A stretch of 64,000 nt of DNA. Origin: an uncultured Candidatus Rokubacteria bacterium (lineage in GTDB: Bacteria; Methylomirabilota; Methylomirabilia; Rokubacteriales; CSP1-6). Of the stretch, positions 58,803-64,000 are shown one piece after another. Numbering within the stretch: position 1 is the stretch's first letter; every line of letters starts with the position of its first letter. The notes beneath the pieces were generated by a model, which worked only from the letters and a program-made list of their open reading frames with translations, did not search any database and was not told where the DNA came from. The stretch covers positions 416,001-480,000 of the forward strand of contig CAVYTA010000005.1 of assembly GCA_963771355.1 (NCBI GenBank), written 5' to 3'. A program made the position numbers and the translations under genes.

Positions 58803-59303
58803 TCAGAGGGTACGCACCGGCTCGCCGCGGAACCCTTTCGCCGCGGCGATGGTGAGCGCGATGAACAGCGCCAGCACGACGAGCTGCGTGACCACAAAGG
58901 GCAGCTCGGTCTGGTTGGGCGCCAGCGCGGTCAGCGCGGGCACCTTCTGAAAGGCCTGGACGACCCCGACGAAGACGTTGAGGTAGAGGGCGACCGCGGC
59001 GCAGATGACGTAGACGCGGCGCCACGCGCCGGCGAGGTGAAAGGCGTAGCGCGCCACGATCGCCACCGCCAGCACCACCAGCGAGACGATGCCCACCTTG
59101 TGTGCGGGCAACAGGCGGTCAAACGGAAAAGCGAATCCGGTCACGCAGGTGGCCACCGTGGTGACCAGGAACAGCAGCGTCCAGCCGCCGCGCTCTTTTC
59201 CGGTGAGGAAACCGAACATCACCACGAGCCCGGAGCCGATGCCGATCAAGCTCAACACGGTGTGCACGGTCGTGAACGTCGATTCCGACAGTCCCCAGAT
59301 CAT
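58803..59303 (-). CDS. Small integral membrane protein
   Basis: About 5 TM segments; HT.LSL.GI, VQAFQKVP.L..LAP; GGGAGG RBS. Confidence 0.7.
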   Translation of the reverse strand: MIWGLSESTFTTVHTVLSLIGIGSGLVVMFGFLTGKERGGWTLLFLVTTVATCVTGFAFPFDRLLPAHKVGIVSLVVLAVAIVARYAFHLAGAWRRVYVICAAVALYLNVFVGVVQAFQKVPALTALAPNQTELPFVVTQLVVLALFIALTIAAAKGFRGEPVRTL

Positions 59304-59335
59304 GAGGCGCCGCCCTCCCGAACGTGTGCGGCCAG

Positions 59336-59368
59336 TCAGGCCTTGAGGAACGCTAGCAGATCCGCGTT
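59336..59368 (-). pseudogene. 3'-terminal remnant of a non-heme chloroperoxidase-type alpha/beta hydrolase
   Basis: Minus strand reads NADLLAFLKA*, the typical C-terminus of that family, with no gene upstream. Confidence 0.5.
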
Positions 59369-59501
59369 GGCGTCCTCGGTTGGATGTTAGCTGCGTCGCC
59401 CGACGGGTTCGAGGATCTGCCCGGGAGGCCTTTCCGTCAAGTTCGGGCAGGGGCGTGATCGGCTCGGTACGAGAAGGTCGTGTAGTACGATCTGGGCGCG
59501 C

Positions 59502-60368
59502 ATGGCTGAATCAGACAAGAACGCCGACTATTTCCTCCTGTTCTACGGGGTCGGCATGACCGCCATCCTGACGGGCGGCATCGCCGGAATCGCCACGCAG
59601 GACGACCGCTACTTCAAGGGCGTCGCCATCGCCGTGGGCGTCGTGCTCCTCGCGGCGTGGCTGATCTTGCCCGCCCGCGTGTCCGGGAAGCTGGCCGCCG
59701 GCTACGCGGGCTTCGGCTTGTTCTGCTTCGCACTTGTCCTCTTCTTCGCCCTCCATGCGCCGGGCCTCCTCGCCTACATGCTCTCCAAGCAGCTGGTCGA
59801 GAGCATGCCGCGCAGCGTGCAGATGGTGACGCTGCTCCTCTGGCTGGTGGCACTGGGCGCCGTCTCCGTGCTGCTCTACTGGCGCGAGGCGCGACGCCGG
59901 GCGCGGGCCTGGCTCGAGCGCTGGAGCCCGGTGCGGGTCCGGCTCGGCCCGCCGGGCCGGCTGCCCCTCTGGGGGGCCATCGCGCTCTACATCAACTTCG
60001 TTCTCATCGCGATGGGCTGCTTCGCCGCGTTCGGCTTCCTGCTGCACACCGCCGCCCCGCCGCTGTTTCTCCCCGGCTCCCACACGGAAGTGAACCACGG
60101 CGCGCTGGCGGACTTCTTCCTCTGGCATTTGCTCGACGCGATTCCGGGTCTGAAGGTGAACGAGACGCTGCGCTGGGCGGCGCCCTTCACCTATGAGCGC
60201 GCGAGTGCCGGCTGGCTCCTGCTGCTTTTCAAGGTAATGGTGATCGTCCCCGCGGTGGCGGGGATCGGGCGGTATCTGAAGGATGAGGATCCGCCCAAGG
60301 ACCGTCCCTCGGCCGTGGAGGACGCAGCGCCCGTGCGAGCGCCGGCTCGAGCTCGACCCTATAAGTAA
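59502..60368 (+). CDS. Hypothetical membrane protein
   Basis: About 6 TM segments; GC3-rich coding pattern. Confidence 0.65.
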   Translation: MAESDKNADYFLLFYGVGMTAILTGGIAGIATQDDRYFKGVAIAVGVVLLAAWLILPARVSGKLAAGYAGFGLFCFALVLFFALHAPGLLAYMLSKQLVESMPRSVQMVTLLLWLVALGAVSVLLYWREARRRARAWLERWSPVRVRLGPPGRLPLWGAIALYINFVLIAMGCFAAFGFLLHTAAPPLFLPGSHTEVNHGALADFFLWHLLDAIPGLKVNETLRWAAPFTYERASAGWLLLLFKVMVIVPAVAGIGRYLKDEDPPKDRPSAVEDAAPVRAPARARPYK

Positions 60369-60454
60369 CGCCACTGTTCACCTTGCCTTGCGCGTCCGCA
60401 AGGTTACGGTGAACTCACGCGAAACCCGATCTACTGGAACGACAGGAGAGGCCC

Positions 60455-61025
60455 ATGACGACTGTCGCGACCGACGGACGTTCTCGTGCTCGGCGGCGCT
60501 GGCCGCCGCGATCTTGGCGTACGTGGCCGGCGACGGCCGAGGCCGTCGAAGTGGGCCAGAAGGCGCCCAACTTCGACCTCCCGCGACACGGCGGCAAGAT
60601 CAGCCTCGCCCAGCTGCGCGGCAAGCCGGTACTGCTAGAGTTCTACGGCGCGACTTCTCGCCGGTCTGAGCGGACAACCTGTCGGCCAGGAAGGTCGACT
60701 TCGAAAAGCTGCAGGCCCTCGGCGTGCAGGTGCTCGGCATCAGTACGAATCACACCTTCTCCCAGAAGGCCTTCGCGGACTCGCTCAAGCTGCCTACCCC
60801 CTGCTGAGCGATGAGACCATGGCCGTGACCAAGAGCTACAAGGTCGTGTATGGACACACGCCGGGCAAGACCGACTACCGCACATGAAGGACAAGATCGC
60901 GAAGCGGTACCTCTTCCTGATCGATCGCGACGGGATCGTGCGCGGCAAGTGGCTCGGCGAGGACCTGGCGGTCTTTCCCACGAGGTCGTGGTGAAGGCGG
61001 CGCGCGACCTGGTCGCCGGCGCTAG
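60455..61025 (+). CDS. AhpC/TSA peroxiredoxin-like selenoprotein (several apparent indel errors)
   Basis: AVEVGQKAPNFDLP..ISLAQLRGKPVLLEFY, DFSPV-TGA(60667)-ADNL, VQVLGIS..H.FSQKAFA, LFLIDRDGIVR; 3' end approximate. Confidence 0.75.
60681..60699 (+). promoter_or_regulatory. Candidate bacterial SECIS element
   Basis: GTCGGCC-AGGAA-GGTCGAC 7-bp hairpin; the loop starts 18 nt after the TGA and has G at loop position 2. Confidence 0.6.
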
Positions 61026-61032
61026 CGGCACC

Positions 61033-62013
61033 GTGCCGGGTCGCGCTTGCCGGTCGCCGGCCACCTCGCCTGATCGGGTTGATCGCGATCGCGGCGTGGC
61101 TTCCCCCGTCGGCGTGGGCCAGGCTAATCGGCAGATCCGGATCGGCGCGCTCACGGCCTCCTGGGGACCCACGCCGGAATCGTCGGCCTCCGAGCGGGAC
61201 TGATCGAGCGTGGGTACCGCGAGCCGGAGGACTTCGTCATCGGGGTCCGCTTCACCAGGGCGACTGAGCGCACTACTGACGGCCGCACGCGAGCTGGTGG
61301 AGCAGAAGGTGGACATCCTGGTGGTCGGGACCCGGGCGGAGGCGCGCGCCGCCCAGGAGATCACCTCGCAGATCCCCATCGTCCTGATCGGCGGAGGCGA
61401 TCCCGTGGTCCAGGGGCTAGCCAAGAGCTTTGCGAGGCCCGGTGGCAACCTCACGGGCGTCGTCAACCAGGACGAGCTGGCGCCCAAGCGCCTCGAGATC
61501 TTCCGCGGCCTCGTGCCGGGGCTCAAGCGGGTGCTCTTCGTTCACGATTCTTCGAACCCGTATACGGCGCCCGAGGTGGCGGGCTATCGCGACGGCGCAC
61601 GCCGGCTGGGGCTGACGCTCGTGGAGCGACCGGTCGGCACCCGAGACGAGGCACGCGCGGCGTTGGCCGGGCTGCGCCGACGCGAGGTGGACGGGATCGT
61701 GGCGCCATGGGAGATGAGCTTCAATATTCCCGGCTTCGTCCTCGAAGCGGCCGAGCGGCTGTCCATCCCGGCCATGTTCCCGGAGGTGATCTATGTGGAG
61801 CAGGGCGGCCTGGCGAGCTACAGCCCCGATCATCACGAGTCGGGTCGCCAGGCCGCGCGGCTCGTGGACAAGATCGTACGCGGCACTCCGCCGGGCGAGA
61901 TCCCCATCGAGATGGACAACCGCATCCACCTCGCCGTGAACCTCAAGGTGGCCCGTGCCATTGGTCTCCGCGTGTCCCCCGAGATGCTATGCGCTCAACC
62001 GGAATCGCAGTAG
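61033..62013 (+). CDS. ABC_sub_bind-type substrate-binding protein (frameshifted 5' part)
   Basis: IPIV..GGDPV.QGL.KSFARPGGNLTGV, KRLE, GGLASY, AARLVDKI.RG..PGEIPIE, VNLKVARAIG; start approximate. Confidence 0.75.
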
Positions 62014-62029
62014 GCCTCACCGCAGCGGG

Positions 62030-63114
<1,085 letters not shown>

Positions 63115-63264
63115 GTCATGCTCCTGTCCGGAGGATCGGTGAAGGTGGCGGCCGACTCGGGGCCGGCCTCTCGGTGTCTTCGGCGCTCAGGGTCGTCGGG
63201 CGCCATGATACCGCCTTTGGGTCGGCGTCCGCTCCCCCCTTCTGAGCGGCTCCGGATGCCCGGC

Positions 63265-64000
63265 TGTCGTTGATACGTGATTTGGCCGCAACTATTTGAC
63301 ACCGTGATTTGACCGCTCGTGAGGGTGGCGCGACACCGCGGGTCAACGTGGAAGCCCGGAGCGCCGCGTTGGGGCGGGGGCCGCTATACCCCCCTTGGCC
63401 GAAACGGGCCGATTTGATCTCATGCCGCGTCGGAGCTGACCGTGTGGCCGCGGGCATCGAACAGGCCGAGGCGGCGGGACCCAAGCCATACGGAGTGGCG
63501 GGCATCGAGGTGACGACGGACGACCACGCGGAGCCCCGCGCAGGTGCGGCGGCCGGCTTGCTTGGCCAGCTGCAAGACCACGCCGTCGAGGACCACCGTG
63601 TTGTCGCGGCCGACCACCCGCTCGTCCTGCTGACAGAGGATCTGCTCGAGATCCACGCGGCCCAGCGGCACGAAGGCCGGGGCCGGATCCCCGGGTGGCC
63701 GGCTGAACTCCGCGTTGAAGTCGGGCAAGAACCGGTCACGCAGGTACCGGTTGGCCGCGGCCACCGTCGTGATGCCCGCCACGCGCAGCTCGTTGACCAG
63801 CCGCCCCTGCAAGGTGCCATTCATCCGCTCGCTGCGGCCGCGGGCCTGGGGCGAGTAACCCAGGATGTGCTCGATGCCGAGCTGGGCGAGAGCGCGTCCA
63901 ACCTGGGTCAGCTTGGTGCGATCGGCCTTCCCGCCGGCGACCGGGGTGTGGGCGGCCCAGTGGGCCCGGTCGGTATACAACGCCATCGGCAGCCCCCACG
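63265..64000 (-). mobile_element. ISNCY/IS1202-like insertion sequence, right part
   Basis: Terminus TGT at 63265 with subterminal direct repeats CGTGATTTG(G/A)CCGC at 63276 and 63303; transposase runs off the window. Confidence 0.75.
63420..64000 (-). CDS. ISNCY-family DDE transposase (5'-truncated)
   Basis: ALYTDR, TQVGRAL.QLGI, SPQARGRSER..GTLQGRL..ELR..GI. Confidence 0.88.
   Translation of the reverse strand, partial: WGLPMALYTDRAHWAAHTPVAGGKADRTKLTQVGRALAQLGIEHILGYSPQARGRSERMNGTLQGRLVNELRVAGITTVAAANRYLRDRFLPDFNAEFSRPPGDPAPAFVPLGRVDLEQILCQQDERVVGRDNTVVLDGVVLQLAKQAGRRTCAGLRVVVRRHLDARHSVWLGSRRLGLFDARGHTVSSDAA

Overview
GC-rich bacterial genomic window. The gene repertoire (many ABC transporters, DinB proteins, class III cyclase-STAND fusions, an ABC_sub_bind protein) suggests Candidatus Rokubacteria/Methylomirabilota; this is inferred from gene content only. 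It holds a liv-type ABC operon, two peptide/nickel-type ABC clusters, glmS, five class III nucleotide cyclases, ackA plus a divergent phosphoketolase, a CoxL-like molybdoenzyme, a GH13 enzyme, an IS630 element, a partial ISNCY/IS1202-like element and a decayed 2.2 kb tyrosine-integrase element. Four signals are not evident from the ORF track. (1) A glmS ribozyme (6781-6926) whose 5' leader is complementary to the anti-Shine-Dalgarno strand of the glmS RBS hairpin, suggesting a cleavage-coupled translational switch. (2) A signal-peptide uORF ending in RAPP, with an acidic motif, positioned to open the sequestered RBS of a small secreted protein. (3) Two probable selenoprotein genes (an ArsC-like UxxC protein and a peroxiredoxin), each with an in-frame TGA and a SECIS-like hairpin. 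(4) An integration core that is itself a bidirectional leaderless promoter. Single-base frameshifts increase towards the right end and are probably sequencing/assembly errors. No CRISPR array, rRNA or tRNA was seen.
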